From Eledone cirrhosa (taxonomy: Eukaryota): a stretch of 64,000 nucleotides of DNA. A model generated the notes under the pieces. The model had not been told where the DNA came from, ran no database searches, and saw only the letters and a list, made by a program, of their open reading frames with translations. Both the position numbers and the translations under genes were made by a program. This document shows, piece after piece, positions 62,736-64,000 of the stretch; within the stretch, counting starts at the first letter, position 1, and each line of letters begins with the position of its first letter. The DNA lies in contig OZ024743.1 in the NCBI GenBank assembly GCA_964016885.1, positions 195,176,001-195,240,000 on the forward strand. Direction: 5' to 3'.

Positions 62736-64000
62736 TGTGTATATGTGTTTGTGCGTGTGTGTATTTTTATGTGTGTGTGTGTGGGGGTTTGTGTGTATTT
62801 GTATGCAAAAAGTAAACAGAAATAACAAAGTTAATGAGACAGTACAATGAAGATATATATTGGATTATTACTTCAGTCGTAACGTTTCGGACAATATTTC
62901 TTCAGCAGGAGTTACAATGGGGAAATAAGAGATGAAATAGAAAAATAAAGACAGATAGGAAAGAAACTGAAAATTATTTTTATTTTTTAGAAAAGATTCA
63001 TATGTATTCAGTTAGACAATTTGGAGAAATGCTGTACAATATGTGTCCTTTGTAATTGAAAGTTTTAGAAAGGGAATAAATCGTTGTATATTCTAAGTGG
63101 ACAGGCGCGCGTGCGTTTTTGTCTGCGTGCGTGTATATGTTTGTTAATTTGTTCGCGGAAAGGTTTGAAGAATGGGCGTTGGATAGTGACGGTTCTGGCT
63201 GCTGTGAGAGGTCGGCATGTGAGTGTGCACGCGCGCGTGAACTGACCAATGCAAGGAGGTATATAAGTATGCATGTGAAAGTCTGCATATATATATACAT
63301 ACACACATACACAGAATCAGTTGCAACTGGTTGTATAGAAAAGGAGCCGGTAGTGAATATGATCGTTGTCCTATACATTTAATTTCGTGGTATATCCTTA
63401 AGAAAAACCACTTAGATTCGATTACGACGATATGGTTGTACAACCTCAAACAGCTGAACTACGAAGTGTGAAGTCCCTACGTGCGTGGAAGTGGATAAAG
63501 CGAGGGGGTGATGGGGATAGATTGAATGTTGCGAACATACTCACTGACTATGCCACACAAGCGGCAGTGGATGCTAGGCGATCAGAAACTCACACGCAAG
63601 AAAAACAAAGACGAATACACACTTTAGTGAGAGCCCTGGATTGTGTATGTCGATGTATGTGGTGTGTGCATGAGTGCCCACATACGCCTGCATGAATCAG
63701 AAATTGCACGACTTTGAGGTTTAATTTTATACAGAGGTTTGTGTGTTGTGTGGTATATTCGGGTGTTATATATATGTATGTTGTATTGTCTGGTCGGTGG
63801 AGTTGAGCGTGAACATGAGTTTGGTCGTGTTGGATAAAGGGAGGATATAAAATCTGTGGATCGTCGGGGAAGGTAATTGAATGCATTATGAAGTATAGTT
63901 CCAATGAGGTCCTTGTGTGAGGGGCTGGGCTGCGAATCCTTGGTATTAAATGACGCCTTATACAGTGTTGGTTGGAAAGACGTTACGAGCGACAAGGGTA

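Noticed and set aside
62998-64000. Short ORFs of 80-126 aa at the right end
   Set aside because: They overlap on both strands, are low complexity and show no recognisable domain or splice structure.

Overview
AT-rich, microsatellite-rich animal DNA. An octopus/cephalopod-like origin is inferred from repeat content only. No host gene is supportable. About 54 kb (2225-56096) is an almost gap-free array of 12 non-LTR retrotransposons, each bounded by (TAA/TTA)n tracts. Eight are L1/Tx1-type elements (zinc-knuckle ORF1; APE-RT-CCHC ORF2) from at least three divergent families, here called A, B and C. Four are R4/Dong-type elements (RT-CCHC-RLE). The two clades use the same microsatellite with strictly opposite polarity, and the whole array flips orientation across a ~1.1 kb spacer at 20.5-21.7 kb. 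All copies carry stops, frameshifts or deletions. The most novel signals are: (i) a 5' splice-donor motif AG|GTRAGT conserved at the ORF1 stop across Tx1 families in two different codon registers; (ii) an inter-family chimera whose junction falls exactly at that donor; (iii) a SINE 3' tail resembling the Tx1 3' end; and (iv) a nested-pseudoknot-like RNA upstream of the Dong ORF. The flanks hold tRNA-derived SINEs, hammerhead ribozyme motifs, (TA)n/(GT)n repeats and a 200-N gap. All alignments were done by eye.
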